From a virus (taxonomy: Duplodnaviria > Caudoviricetes), in the IMG/VR virus record IMGVR_UViG_3300005617_000232, positions 174 to 64,173 of that record: 64,000 nt of DNA. One strand, given 5' to 3'. The notes under the pieces are model-generated. The model saw nothing but the letters and a program-made list of their open reading frames with translations. It had not been told where the DNA came from and did no database searches. Position numbers and translations under genes: made by a program. Below, piece by piece: positions 50,642 to 60,029 of this stretch. The first letter of the stretch is position 1. Every line of letters begins with the position of its first letter.

Positions 50642-51565
50642 TCAGTCCGCTGCCTTCTCCTCCGTCTCGGCCGTGCCCTCGAAGGGCGTCTCCAGCGTGC
50701 CCAGTTCGAGCACCAGGCCCTCGAAGGCCCAGGCGTATGCCTGCTGGATCTCCTCGCGCGAGGGCGGCGGGAACTCCCCACCCTCCCACGCCTTCGCGAC
50801 GGCGTTCGCGAGCCGCCTCCACCACTGCCCGGTCTGCGCCTTCGTCAGGTCGTCGAGCTTGGCCCCGAAGACATGCTGGGACAGTTGCTCCTCGATGGCG
50901 ACCCAGTTCTCCTCGGGCGCGAGGTCGCGCTGGGCGATGCGGATCGAGGCGGCGTCCTCAGCTGACTTCACCTGGATGGCCCCTTCGATGAGGCTGTTGG
51001 CCGGGTTGAACGGCTGCCCGGTCGGCCCCGCCGGACGGCTGCTTCCTGTCGGCCCCGCGCCGCGCGTCGTCTCCTGCGGCGTGCCCGAGTCGGCGTCCGA
51101 GTGCGACGTCTCCGCGGTGGCGAGCGCGAAGGCTTGAGCGACGACGTACTTGAACGCCATCGTCATCGCCTTCGACGTGGACTTGTCTCCCATGTCGGTG
51201 CCCTCGCCCCAGCCCGACGCCTTGAACGAGTCACCCGCTGCGCCGTAGAACGTGAACTCGACGTGCAGGTTGACCTCGTACATCGTCTTGTTGTTGCCGG
51301 TCATGCGCTCGCCGGTGATGCGTTCCAGGACGTGCGGCACCACGAACACGCCGTGCTTGGCGAGCAGCGGGTTGAGCGCATTCATCACGTCGTCGTGCCC
51401 GCGGAACATGAACTTCTGCTGCTCGTTGCGCTGCGTCTTTCCGATCGCGGGAAGTTCGTCGATGATCGCGATCATGCGCTGGTGGACGGTGCGGTCGTCG
51501 ATGAGCAGACGCTCGACCGCCTCGCGCGCCGCCTGGGTGATGGGTTCGTTCTCGGTGATGGTCAT
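50642..51565 (-). CDS. ERF-family single-strand annealing protein
   Basis: IGKTQRN..QKFMFRG.DDV.NALNP....HGV, GEG.D.GDKST.KAMT.AFKY motifs. Confidence 0.9.
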   Translation of the reverse strand: MTITENEPITQAAREAVERLLIDDRTVHQRMIAIIDELPAIGKTQRNEQQKFMFRGHDDVMNALNPLLAKHGVFVVPHVLERITGERMTGNNKTMYEVNLHVEFTFYGAAGDSFKASGWGEGTDMGDKSTSKAMTMAFKYVVAQAFALATAETSHSDADSGTPQETTRGAGPTGSSRPAGPTGQPFNPANSLIEGAIQVKSAEDAASIRIAQRDLAPEENWVAIEEQLSQHVFGAKLDDLTKAQTGQWWRRLANAVAKAWEGGEFPPPSREEIQQAYAWAFEGLVLELGTLETPFEGTAETEEKAAD

Positions 51566-52173
51566 GTGAGCGCCTCCTGTTCCTCACGGACGACCCTGAC
51601 CAGCGAGATGCCGCGCGCCTCCAGGGCGTCGAGCTTCTCCTGGTCGTCGTCCTCCTTGACGATGTACTCCACGGCCGTCGGCCGGAAGGCGTGGAAGATG
51701 CCGGGCGTGTACCCCGGCTCCGTGGCGTCCGGCTGCCAGGTGAGCACCGCCTTGCGGTGAGCGACCAGCACCCAGGTCTCGCCGATGACGAACCCGCGCG
51801 GCACCGCGGTGATGCGACGGCTGACGCCCATCCTGAGCGCCTCTGCCGTGAACTCCCTCGGGGTCGAGTAGAACGACTCCCCGATCCAGAGCAGCCCGCA
51901 CTTCTCCCCGAGCCTGCCGGGCGCTCCGAGCGGGCAGCCTGCGGAGTGCACGTCGCTGCCATGCGGCCCGATGTGGCCCTCCAGCAGCGCGTCGGGGGTC
52001 ACCCACGTCCATCCGCGGGTCGGCTTGGTGCCGCACCCGCAGGTGGGGCAGACCGGCAGCGCGATGGGGAGTGCATCGCAGGCGTCCATGAGGCCGCCGC
52101 TCACGAGGTAGAGGCCGCCGGGCTTGCGGTACCCGCAGCCCCTGGCTCCCTCGACGCTAGTCCTGATGCTCAT
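51562..52173 (-). CDS. conserved phage hypothetical protein (Cys-rich)
   Basis: RGCGYRKPGGLYLV, LLWIG..FY.TP..F..EA..MGVSRRI motifs. Confidence 0.65.
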   Translation of the reverse strand: MSIRTSVEGARGCGYRKPGGLYLVSGGLMDACDALPIALPVCPTCGCGTKPTRGWTWVTPDALLEGHIGPHGSDVHSAGCPLGAPGRLGEKCGLLWIGESFYSTPREFTAEALRMGVSRRITAVPRGFVIGETWVLVAHRKAVLTWQPDATEPGYTPGIFHAFRPTAVEYIVKEDDDQEKLDALEARGISLVRVVREEQEALT

Positions 52174-52184
52174 GCGTTCCTCCT

Positions 52185-53336
52185 TCAGTCGAGGTCGGCG
52201 TAGTCCGCCATGACCTCGTGGTGGCGGGGATGCTTCGGGTCTGTGATGTCGTAGGGGCCGTCGTCGGGCGCGAGCCGGATGACGTCGCCCCGCTCGTCGG
52301 CGGTGAGCACGCCGGGCTGCACGCCCTGGTCGGAGATGACCAGCACGCTGACCTGCGCCGGGCGCGTGGCCGCGCGGTAGCCGCGCGCCACACCCAGTTC
52401 GTAGGCGGCCCAGCAGCGCTGGCGGTGCGTGCCGCGCAGCGCGTCGTCGATGGCGCGGCGTGCCTGCCCGCGCAACTCAGCCTCGAAGCCGAAGTCGCGC
52501 TCGCCGCGGTCCTCCTCGGCGTACACGCGACCGACGTGCAGGCCGCGCTCGTATTCCAGGTCGGGGATCATGCCTCCTCCTCGCTCGGGATCGCCAGGTA
52601 CTCGAACACGGGCGTGACTTCGCCGTGCAGGTCGCAGCGCCAGGGACCGTACTGCTGCCCCTCGTTCGTCAGGGCAAGGATGTCGCGCCGGGCCAGCCCC
52701 TTGCAGACCGGGCACAGAGGAAGCTCGCGCTCCACGAAGCGCGGCGCGCGCGGCGCAGGCTCCGGGACCCAGGGTTCGCTCGTGGTGTCACTCATGGCGT
52801 CTGCTCCACATGGACGCTGACCGCCTTGCAGGGCTGCCCTGATCCGTGGAGAACCTTCGCCGTCTTGTACGCGCAGACGCAGAAGGTGATGCCGACGATT
52901 GCGATTGCGATCGCCATCATCGCCGCCCGGAAGCTCTTGTGGTCCCACTCGTGCCAGGTGTTCTCGCTCATGGCGTCTCCTTCGTCTCGATGATCTCCAT
53001 GCACTCCTCACACCAGTCGACCGGCGACCGGGCGAAACTGACGGCGATGGCCTTCGACGAGTGCGAGCAGATCGAGCCGCTGACCCAGCGCCCTCACGAC
53101 CGCACCTGCACGAGCGGGCCGTCGTTGTCGACCTCGTTCACGAGCGAGATCCCGAGGAGCACCGTCTCCTTCTCGACACCCAAGAAGGTGCTCAGGTTCT
53201 CGACCGACTGGTCGAAGGTGTAGCCCTTCGTAACGATGTCGTGCTGCACGATCTGGCTCATCTGCCGACCGCGCTCAATGTGAAGCGGAGTAACAGTCAG
53301 GGAGTTCATCTCTCCTCCTTCAGTCGTGGACTTCAT
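52185..53336 (-). CDS. five small early genes (52185-52571, 52568-52795, 52792-52971, 52968-53097, 53094-53336)
   Basis: SD-led overlap chain below the 53374 promoter. Confidence 0.55.
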
Positions 53337-53374
53337 GGCACGTCGGACTCTAGCACACTCACCGGCCGTGTCAA
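53326..53374 (-). promoter_or_regulatory. promoter plus conserved 16-bp element
   Basis: TTGACA-16-TAGAGT-5-GTGCCATGAAGTCCAC. Confidence 0.88.
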
Positions 53375-53592
53375 GCGCCCTTTGCCCAGGGATTCAGCAG
53401 CCACTCCCCCGGCTCCCCATCGACCGGGCGGTACATGATTCCGTCCGGTCGAACGTTGCGCTTGTGCAGGTCGAGCAGCAGGTCGCCCAGACTCACATCG
53501 TCGGCTGAGCCGACGCAGACGAGGTCGGTGCCGGTGCCTGGTGGGGCTTGGTCGATGTAGACGCGGAACGGGGTCTCGCTCTGCTCGGTCAT
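53371..53592 (-). CDS. hypothetical protein
   Basis: ATGA overlap; SD GAGGAGG. Confidence 0.55.
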   Translation of the reverse strand: MTEQSETPFRVYIDQAPPGTGTDLVCVGSADDVSLGDLLLDLHKRNVRPDGIMYRPVDGEPGEWLLNPWAKGA

Positions 53593-53876
53593 GCCTGCCT
53601 CCTCTTCGTCGTGGTGACGTAGAACGTCTCGTGGTCGTGGCGCAGCGCGTAGATGCGCTCGCCGTCCTCAGTCCACACGTAAAGGCACGTCGGGTCCGCC
53701 TGGGGTCGGAGTCCCAGGTGCGCCCGCTCGGGGCTTAGACGGCCGCAGGAGAGCGCAGAGCGCACCTCCTGCTCGATGCCCACGGTGTCGAAGTGCGGGA
53801 AGCGCTCCGCAGCGCGCCACATGGCGTGGTCGGTCACGTGCACCGGGCCGGTCCAGTTGAGGGCGGCGGCGCTCAC
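53589..53876 (-). CDS. small protein with TxHAxxRxxER motif (DUF4258/RelE-like)
   Basis: VHVTDHAMWRAAERF...FYVTT. Confidence 0.5.
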   Translation of the reverse strand: MSAAALNWTGPVHVTDHAMWRAAERFPHFDTVGIEQEVRSALSCGRLSPERAHLGLRPQADPTCLYVWTEDGERIYALRHDHETFYVTTTKRRQA

Positions 53877-54343
53877 GCGCGTTCCCGGTACCGGCGCACA
53901 GCGCGCAGGGCGGCCCAGTCGCACTCGTGCTCGACATAGCGGCGCTGACCGCGTCCTCCCTGTCGATGCACCTGCTTGGACGATCGGTAGTAGTTGCGCG
54001 GCGACTGCCGGTGGTGCATGGCCTCGTGCGCGGTGACCGCGACGAGCGCCTCCCGCCAGTCGGCCAGGGCAAAGACGGGCGGTGCCTCTTTGCGCTCATA
54101 GGTCAGGTAATCGTCCATCGGGATGCCGGGCTTCGGAAGGCCCACCCGGATGACCGGGCGATCCTCGCCGTCGGCCGGGTACCAGTAGTGCCGGTAGTAG
54201 CCGGTCGTGTGTCCGCTGCTACCGCGGCGGTGGTGCACCTTGACGTGCACGTCGTCGGCGTCCAGGTCGCGCAGCACCGAGCGCACGAGCTTGCGCACCT
54301 CCGCGTCCGGGTACTGGGAGCGGTTGCTGATGCGGATGCTCAT
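53873..54343 (-). CDS. zincin-like metallopeptidase (HExxH)
   Basis: AVTAHEAMHHRQ...EHECDWAA. Confidence 0.7.
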   Translation of the reverse strand: MSIRISNRSQYPDAEVRKLVRSVLRDLDADDVHVKVHHRRGSSGHTTGYYRHYWYPADGEDRPVIRVGLPKPGIPMDDYLTYERKEAPPVFALADWREALVAVTAHEAMHHRQSPRNYYRSSKQVHRQGGRGQRRYVEHECDWAALRAVRRYRERA

Positions 54344-54938
54344 CGCGCTTCCTTCACCCGGGTCGTGGTGATGGTCCCGTCCTCGTGGCGCTCGACGCGC
54401 GCCACCTTGATCTCGCCGTTCTCGAACACGCCGACCAACCACGGCTCCCCCGCGCGGATGGCGCGGTTCTGGGCGACGGAGAGGGCCGACCCGATGGTGG
54501 GCCAGCCCCGCTCGTCGCGACCGATCCTGAAGCGGCCGGTGCCTCGCTCTCTAGCGGCCATCAGTTCCACCGCCCGATGATGCTCTCGCCGTACTTCTCG
54601 ACGAAGGCTTCGTCGTTCCAGGTAGTGAGGCGGCCCCGGTTCGAGTTGTGGATGTAGAGCGTGGTGTCGGCGATGTACTCGTCGCCGTCGATGATCGCTG
54701 CCGTCTCGCCGCGGAGCGTGCGTCCGGTGGACTGCTCGCGCTTCCAGAGGGTCAGGGTCGACTTGTGCATCTTCGTGCCGGTGGGGAACTGGCCGAGTGC
54801 GACGCGGCCGACTGAGTCGTAGCGCTGGGGGTCTTCCGTCCAAGCCTGGACTTCGACCTCGCGGGTGGAACCGAAGGCGGTAACTTCGACGGTGCGGGTC
54901 TGGCGGATCATGCTGGCTCCTCCGTTTGTGGACTTCAT
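54340..54938 (-). CDS. two early hypothetical genes (54340-54561, 54561-54938)
   Basis: First genes below the 54977 promoter. Confidence 0.6.
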
Positions 54939-54977
54939 GGCACGTCGGACTCTAGCAGACGTACATGACGCGCGCAA
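54928..54977 (-). promoter_or_regulatory. promoter plus conserved 16-bp element
   Basis: TTGCGC-17-TAGAGT-5-GTGCCATGAAGTCCAC. Confidence 0.85.
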
Positions 54978-54998
54978 GTTCCACGAACCGGAGACGCA

Positions 54999-55027
54999 GA
55001 GAGGCCCGGCTCATCACCGGGCCTCTC
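54999..55027 (-). terminator. hairpin terminator at end of the lysis operon
   Basis: Perfect 11-bp stem GAGAGGCCCGG/CCGGGCCTCTC with 7-nt loop. Confidence 0.75.
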
Positions 55028-55059
55028 GCCTCACAGACACACCACCGCGCGGGAGTGTA

Positions 55060-55467
55060 CTAGACCCCTTCGTCAGCGGTGAGCATCGACACGACCGAAC
55101 CCTGCACCGGGGCCGGTGGCGGGGTGGGATCACTCCCCGGCCTCAGGCCCAACTCCGCGAGGGAGTTCAGGATGCTGCCGACCATCGCCGCCACGATGAC
55201 GACGTAAGCCGCACCGGCTACGACACCCATGTCGAGGCCGTCGATCACGATGTCCGCCTGACCGGCGAAGTAGCTCGCCGCGTACAGGACGAGGTAGCCG
55301 CCGATCTTGAACACGACGTCCTTGCGCAGGAAGTCGGCGACGTAGGACAGCCTGAACGTCCGCGACTTGAGCGCGGCGATGACGCCGAGCACGAAGTCGA
55401 CGAAGATCAGGATGACGAGCACGTCGACCTTCCCGTCGTTCCAGAACGCCTGGAAGAACTGACCCAC
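55060..55467 (-). CDS. holin
   Basis: Three hydrophobic segments; ILIFVDFVLGVIAALK..F.LS...DFL..; SILNSL.ELG; SD AAGGAGG. Confidence 0.8.
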   Translation of the reverse strand: MGQFFQAFWNDGKVDVLVILIFVDFVLGVIAALKSRTFRLSYVADFLRKDVVFKIGGYLVLYAASYFAGQADIVIDGLDMGVVAGAAYVVIVAAMVGSILNSLAELGLRPGSDPTPPPAPVQGSVVSMLTADEGV

Positions 55468-55515
55468 TTGGTCCTCCTTCGCTAGCTAGCGCCCGGAGTA
55501 TGCGCCGCCGGTCGG

Positions 55516-56250
55516 CTATCTGTCAGTGATGACGACGGCCTCTCCGTCCTCGTCGATGAGCCTGTCCATCAGCGAGTACGGCATCCAGGTGGGCGGGTAG
55601 TACGAACCCCAGGAGTTCATAAAGCAGAACGCGCCGCGCCGGTCGCTCATCCGGTAGAGGCAGACGCAGTGGCCGCCGCGGACCGAGCCGAGGCTCTGCA
55701 CCGGTAGCCACCGCTCCCCGGTGAGCGTGGTGAGCGGGTTGTCGAAGCCCGAGTACCAGTTGATCCCGATCGAGACCGCCAGGCCCGCGTAGATGGCCGC
55801 GCGCAGTTCGTCGAAGCTCGTGGCCCACCTGTACGCCGCGATGCCGTGAGCGGCCGTTACATCGCCCGTGACGCCGCCCTGGACGCGACGGTGCCCGCGC
55901 TTCTCCAGGATCTGGCAGGCGGCCCGCACTGAGGTGCCCTCCTGCGGCGGCGTGTCGTCCCACTCGTCCACGAGTTGGGCCTCCCCGTAGAGCCACCGGC
56001 AGGCGTAGCGGTACGTGAGGTCCCGGCCCGACGCCAGCAGCCGCTGGTAGTGGTTCGTGACCGACATCATCGCGCTCGTACCGAAGCCGACGCACGACCC
56101 CTCCTCACCCTGGTCGTGGTCCTTCCACCACCAGGGCAGCCCGAGCGACTTCTCGGTCCCGGGCGGCGCGGCGGGCAGCGCCACGGCCGACAGGGGGTAG
56201 CGCTCGACGTGCTCGAAGTCCGGCGGGCGGCGGCGGCCGAGGGGCTTCAT
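55516..56250 (-). CDS. papain-like (C1) cysteine peptidase
   Basis: DQGEEGSCVGF (Gln/Cys), GGHCV (His), NSWG (Asn). Confidence 0.88.
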   Translation of the reverse strand: MKPLGRRRPPDFEHVERYPLSAVALPAAPPGTEKSLGLPWWWKDHDQGEEGSCVGFGTSAMMSVTNHYQRLLASGRDLTYRYACRWLYGEAQLVDEWDDTPPQEGTSVRAACQILEKRGHRRVQGGVTGDVTAAHGIAAYRWATSFDELRAAIYAGLAVSIGINWYSGFDNPLTTLTGERWLPVQSLGSVRGGHCVCLYRMSDRRGAFCFMNSWGSYYPPTWMPYSLMDRLIDEDGEAVVITDR

Positions 56251-56330
56251 CGAAGCACCGCCCAGATGAGCAGGAGGATGATCACCAGCACGATCACGCC
56301 TCCAGAGATGTAGATGCCGCTCGCGGTCAT
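56247..56330 (-). CDS. small single-pass membrane peptide
   Basis: MTASGIYISGGVIVLVIILLLIWAVLR; ATGA overlaps at both ends. Confidence 0.55.
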   Translation of the reverse strand: MTASGIYISGGVIVLVIILLLIWAVLR

Positions 56331-57091
56331 AGCGCCAGTGCCTCCTTGAGTTGAACTCCAACTGTGGGGCTGCCCAGGGTGTAATCAGGCCCGTGCCCGG
56401 TCGACCCGTAGAGCAGTGAGTGGCCGACGAGCGGGCGCGCGTCGATGCCGAGATGAACGTGCGACTTCGCCCCCTGGTAGTAGATGCGCCCCACGTAGTC
56501 GCCCTTGCGGAACGTGCGCCCGACCGAGGGTGCCTGGATGAGGTGTCCGTACCAGTACGCGAGCTTCGACTTGCCGGTCGCGTAGAACGCATCTCCGGGG
56601 TTCGCGCTCGACGCCTTCGAGACGATCATGTCCTCGACTGCGAGCACGCTGAGACCGCCGATCCAGCCGTCGTCGTAGGCCGGGTAGTACGGGATGCCGT
56701 CGGTGTTGTGCGTGAGTTGGTGGTTGAGCACGCTGGCCCCGCCGTTGTAGAGCGGCCCGAGGTCGGGCATCGGGATGGGCGGCGGCTTCGGCGCAGGCGG
56801 CTTCCACGCGATGTAGAGCGACTTGCGGTAGGCGTCGAGCAGCGGCCACAGGACGTCCCAGGTGGCCTGCCCGATGTTGCCGGTGGCGGGGATGCCCTCG
56901 CGCGGCTGGATGACCATCTTGAGCGCGCTGTACAGGCCGGTGCCGAACGTCTGCGTGTCGGTCTTCCACCCGCCCGGCAGGAGGCCGTCCTCGTAGCGGC
57001 GCGCGGCGAACTTCGCGATCTTCACGTCGAGGCCGACGGTGGGTCCGCGCTCGTCGTGGCCCGAGTACATGGGACGCTTGAGCTTCGGCAT
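56327..57091 (-). CDS. endolysin: peptidoglycan-binding domain plus M23-like peptidase
   Basis: G.DVK...Q...GI.ATG.IG.ATW..L (PG-binding); H....D, YGHL, HVHLG (M23). Confidence 0.8.
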   Translation of the reverse strand: MPKLKRPMYSGHDERGPTVGLDVKIAKFAARRYEDGLLPGGWKTDTQTFGTGLYSALKMVIQPREGIPATGNIGQATWDVLWPLLDAYRKSLYIAWKPPAPKPPPIPMPDLGPLYNGGASVLNHQLTHNTDGIPYYPAYDDGWIGGLSVLAVEDMIVSKASSANPGDAFYATGKSKLAYWYGHLIQAPSVGRTFRKGDYVGRIYYQGAKSHVHLGIDARPLVGHSLLYGSTGHGPDYTLGSPTVGVQLKEALAL

Positions 57092-57732
57092 CAGATGATG
57101 TACTCGCCGAGGTAGTCGGCCAGCGGCCAGGTCAGCGCCTGTGGGTACACCGGCGGCGGCATCCCCAGGTACGGGTAGACCCCGGCCACCGGCTGCGAGG
57201 TCGGCCACCCGAGGTTGCGCGCCACGCGGTCCATCGCATCCGGCGTCTGCGGCGGGTTCTCGTTCATGTACGCCTCGGGCAGGCACGCGAAGCCCGCGTC
57301 GATGAGCACCTTCGCCTTCTCCCGCGTCATGGTCGAGAAGTTCGTCACGGTCGCCAGCGGGCACGTCGGCAGCGGTCCGCCGCCCTGGCCGCGCAGGACG
57401 TTCACGACGCCGTCGTAGTCACCCGGTCCCTCGATCTCTGCGATGGCAAGGTCGGAGTCGGCGGGCACGTAGTAGAGGTTGCCGCCCTGCGTGACCCACC
57501 CCCCGGCGAGCATCCCGTGGAAGCGGAAGGTGTCGACGAACTGCGGGTAGATGGAGCGGTTGTACTCGCCCGTCAGACGGCCGTCCTCGTCGGCCCCGGA
57601 GTCGTCGAGGATGAGCGCGGCCCACTCGTAGCCCTTCGCCACGAGCCGCCGCGCTGCTTCGTCGAGGGAGTGCCTGCCGCCCGTGTAGCCCTTGCGCGGA
57701 CCCCAGGCGAGGAAGACGCCCCTACGGAAAGG
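57091..57732 (-). CDS. putative glycoside-hydrolase-like protein (start uncertain)
   Basis: Alternating beta/alpha pattern (GVFL, GYEWAAL, GGWV, AIAEIE, CLPEAY); no well-placed start codon near 57730. Confidence 0.5.
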   Translation of the reverse strand, partial: PFRRGVFLAWGPRKGYTGGRHSLDEAARRLVAKGYEWAALILDDSGADEDGRLTGEYNRSIYPQFVDTFRFHGMLAGGWVTQGGNLYYVPADSDLAIAEIEGPGDYDGVVNVLRGQGGGPLPTCPLATVTNFSTMTREKAKVLIDAGFACLPEAYMNENPPQTPDAMDRVARNLGWPTSQPVAGVYPYLGMPPPVYPQALTWPLADYLGEYII

Positions 57733-58036
57733 GTCGGGCGGGAGGTGCCTCCTTGAGCGCCTCCACGTCTGCACGTAGCTCGATGATCGCCTGCCCCTGG
57801 CTGTCCACGTCACCCTTCAGGGAGTTGGTGAACTTCACCAGCCCTTCGAGGTTGTCGCGGATGCTCTTCGTCACGCCGTCGAACACGCCCGTGCCCGCGG
57901 TCCAGCGCCAGGGCGTGACCATCTTCGTCGTGGCCTTGACCGTGACGCCAGCCTTCGCCGCCAGAGCAGCGATCAGCTTGTCGAACTCGTCCGCCGACCA
58001 GCCCGTGGGCGGATTCGGGGGAAGTGGTGCGGTCAT
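57722..58036 (-). CDS. coiled-coil protein ending in RPFP
   Basis: SD GAGGAGG; C-terminal heptad pattern. Confidence 0.65.
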   Translation of the reverse strand: MTAPLPPNPPTGWSADEFDKLIAALAAKAGVTVKATTKMVTPWRWTAGTGVFDGVTKSIRDNLEGLVKFTNSLKGDVDSQGQAIIELRADVEALKEAPPARPFP

Positions 58037-58046
58037 CGTGCCTCCT

Positions 58047-59167
58047 CTAACTGGTCCAGATCTTCACAAGGTTCGCCACGCCGATGAATCCTACGAGCAC
58101 CAGCCCGCCGGTGACGCGCGCCGTCCAACTCTCGATCGCCTTGAGGCGCTTGTCGTTCGACTCCTTGAAGTCGTCGAAGCTCTCCCGCGTCGCGAACAGC
58201 GAAGCCTGCTGGCGCATCTGCTCGATGAGGCCGTTGTGCGCGGCGAGGCGCTCCTGAGCCTCGTTCGCGGCCACGGCCACGGCATCACCGGCTGCCTTGT
58301 TGGCAGCCTCCGTCTCGCGGCGCAGTGCAGCGATCTCGGCGGTGAGGTGGCGGTCGAGCGCGGCGATGCGCTCCGTCACAACGGAGGTCGCCGGATCGGT
58401 TGTACGACCCGCGCCGGGTCCCACTTCCTCACTCATTACCGTCGCCAACGCTTTCGGGCAGCGTGGGGATGAACCCGAAGCGGTCGAGCACGATCTGCTT
58501 GCAGTTCTGGTGCGGAGCCAGGGCTTCGATGAGGAACACGGTCGAGCCTCGCGTCTGCCGCAGCGCGCGCTCACGGGAGGGGTCCTCCCGGATCGCCGCC
58601 ATCAGCACCTCGTCGAGCCGCTCGATGGTCGCGTCGTGGCGCTCGTTCTGGTCGAGGCAGCCGATGTACGTCAACTCCGCGCGCTGCTGCGCTTGGGCCT
58701 CGATGAGCACGCGGTTGTCGTGTGAGCGCCGGACCGACTCCCGGTTCACGAGGACGATCGCGACCACGAAGGAGAGCGTCAGCAGCAAGAGCACGCCTAC
58801 CGCCTGCCAGCGCCTCAGATGCACTTCGCGGTTCGGCACTACGGCCACCAGACGTACAGTTGGACGAGTTCGACGACGACCGCGAGCGTCACCACGACGG
58901 CGATGTAAGCCACGAGGCGGGCCGTCCAGCTAGGTCTCGTCGGTGCGTGGAGGAAGTCGCTCAGGTTCATGGCTCCTTATCCGGCGGCCCTGACCCGTAG
59001 ACCGTCTTGAACAGGATCATTCCCATCGCGGCGGGAATCAATGCGGGGTTCGCTCCCCGGTCGATGACCCCAGAGTAGACGAGCAGAGCGACCCCGACGT
59101 ATCTGACTACCGTCGGGAACCAGTCGTCGAGCTTCTTGCGACCGTTCGGTTGCTTGGACCTGGTCAC
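58047..59167 (-). CDS. four small membrane proteins (58047-58436, 58429-58848, 58839-58970, 58967-59167)
   Basis: Each has hydrophobic segment(s); located at the head of the lysis cassette. Confidence 0.6.
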
Positions 59168-59220
59168 TCACACGTCTCCCTCTCCCTTCGGCGAATGGAC
59201 GCCGACGGCAAGACGGAAGT

Positions 59221-59826
59221 CTATGAGGCTTCGCGGATGGTTACGAACGCGAGACCCGAGCGGACGAAGTGGTTGCTCGGGTGGTGGTTGAGCGCAGCGC
59301 GTGCTCGCGCCTGCTGCGTGAACTCCTCGTCGTAGCGGAAGCCCACCGCCGCCATCGCGCCCTTCCAGTACGCGGCGGGCTGGCAGTTGACGTGGTGGTG
59401 CCCGGCCTGGCCCGGCTCCGCGTGCGTCAGCAGCACGGCGCGCGCCATCTGGAAGGTCGCGAGGAAGTTCGGGACGTGCTCCTCGGCGACGTGCTCGACG
59501 AACTCACACGACCACACAAGGTCGGTCGCTCCCTTCTCTAGCTGGCTGCCGTACACCTCAGTCGGCCACGGGCCTCGGGTGTAGTCGTGCATGTAGAACT
59601 GCCAGTTCTCGGAGACTTGCAGCACGCCGTCGATGCCGGTCACGTCGCAGCCCGCGTCGGCGAAGTAGCGCGCCGCATGGCCTTCCCCGCAGCCGACGTC
59701 GATCACGCTGCGGACACCCTGGACGAACACGAGCCAGTCCCACAGGTCCGGGTACCAGGTCGCGGCGTCGCCGCCCTCGATGTAGCCGCCGAGGTGCGGG
59801 CGCTCCGTCTCGATGTAGAACGTCAC
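59221..59826 (-). CDS. class I SAM-dependent methyltransferase (glycan-cluster type)
   Basis: HLGG..., SVIDVGCGEG, DLVWSCEFVEHV, HAEPGQAGHHHVNCQ motifs. Confidence 0.88.
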   Translation of the reverse strand: MTFYIETERPHLGGYIEGGDAATWYPDLWDWLVFVQGVRSVIDVGCGEGHAARYFADAGCDVTGIDGVLQVSENWQFYMHDYTRGPWPTEVYGSQLEKGATDLVWSCEFVEHVAEEHVPNFLATFQMARAVLLTHAEPGQAGHHHVNCQPAAYWKGAMAAVGFRYDEEFTQQARARAALNHHPSNHFVRSGLAFVTIREAS

Positions 59827-60029
59827 GCACGCCACCAGATGATGAGCGCGGAGCCGAACAGGATCAGTCCGCTCGCGAAGAAGCAGCCCAGCATCGGCCC
59901 ATAGCGCCAGTAGCAGCCGACCGTCAGCACCGCTCCGACGACCATAAGCACGGCTGTCTTCCAGGCTGCTGCCCACAGACGGGCACGCAGCATCCACTCA
60001 GGGTCGTGCTCGCGCGGCATCCTGCTCAC
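59823..60029 (-). CDS. small two-pass membrane protein
   Basis: Hydrophobic segments; bracketed by overlaps (start approximate). Confidence 0.45.
   Translation of the reverse strand: MSRMPREHDPEWMLRARLWAAAWKTAVLMVVGAVLTVGCYWRYGPMLGCFFASGLILFGSALIIWWRA

Noticed and set aside
17442-59220. Shared 10-mer ACTTCCGTCT in two intergenic regions (17442-17451 and 59211-59220)
   Set aside because: Only two short copies in different contexts; compatible with chance.
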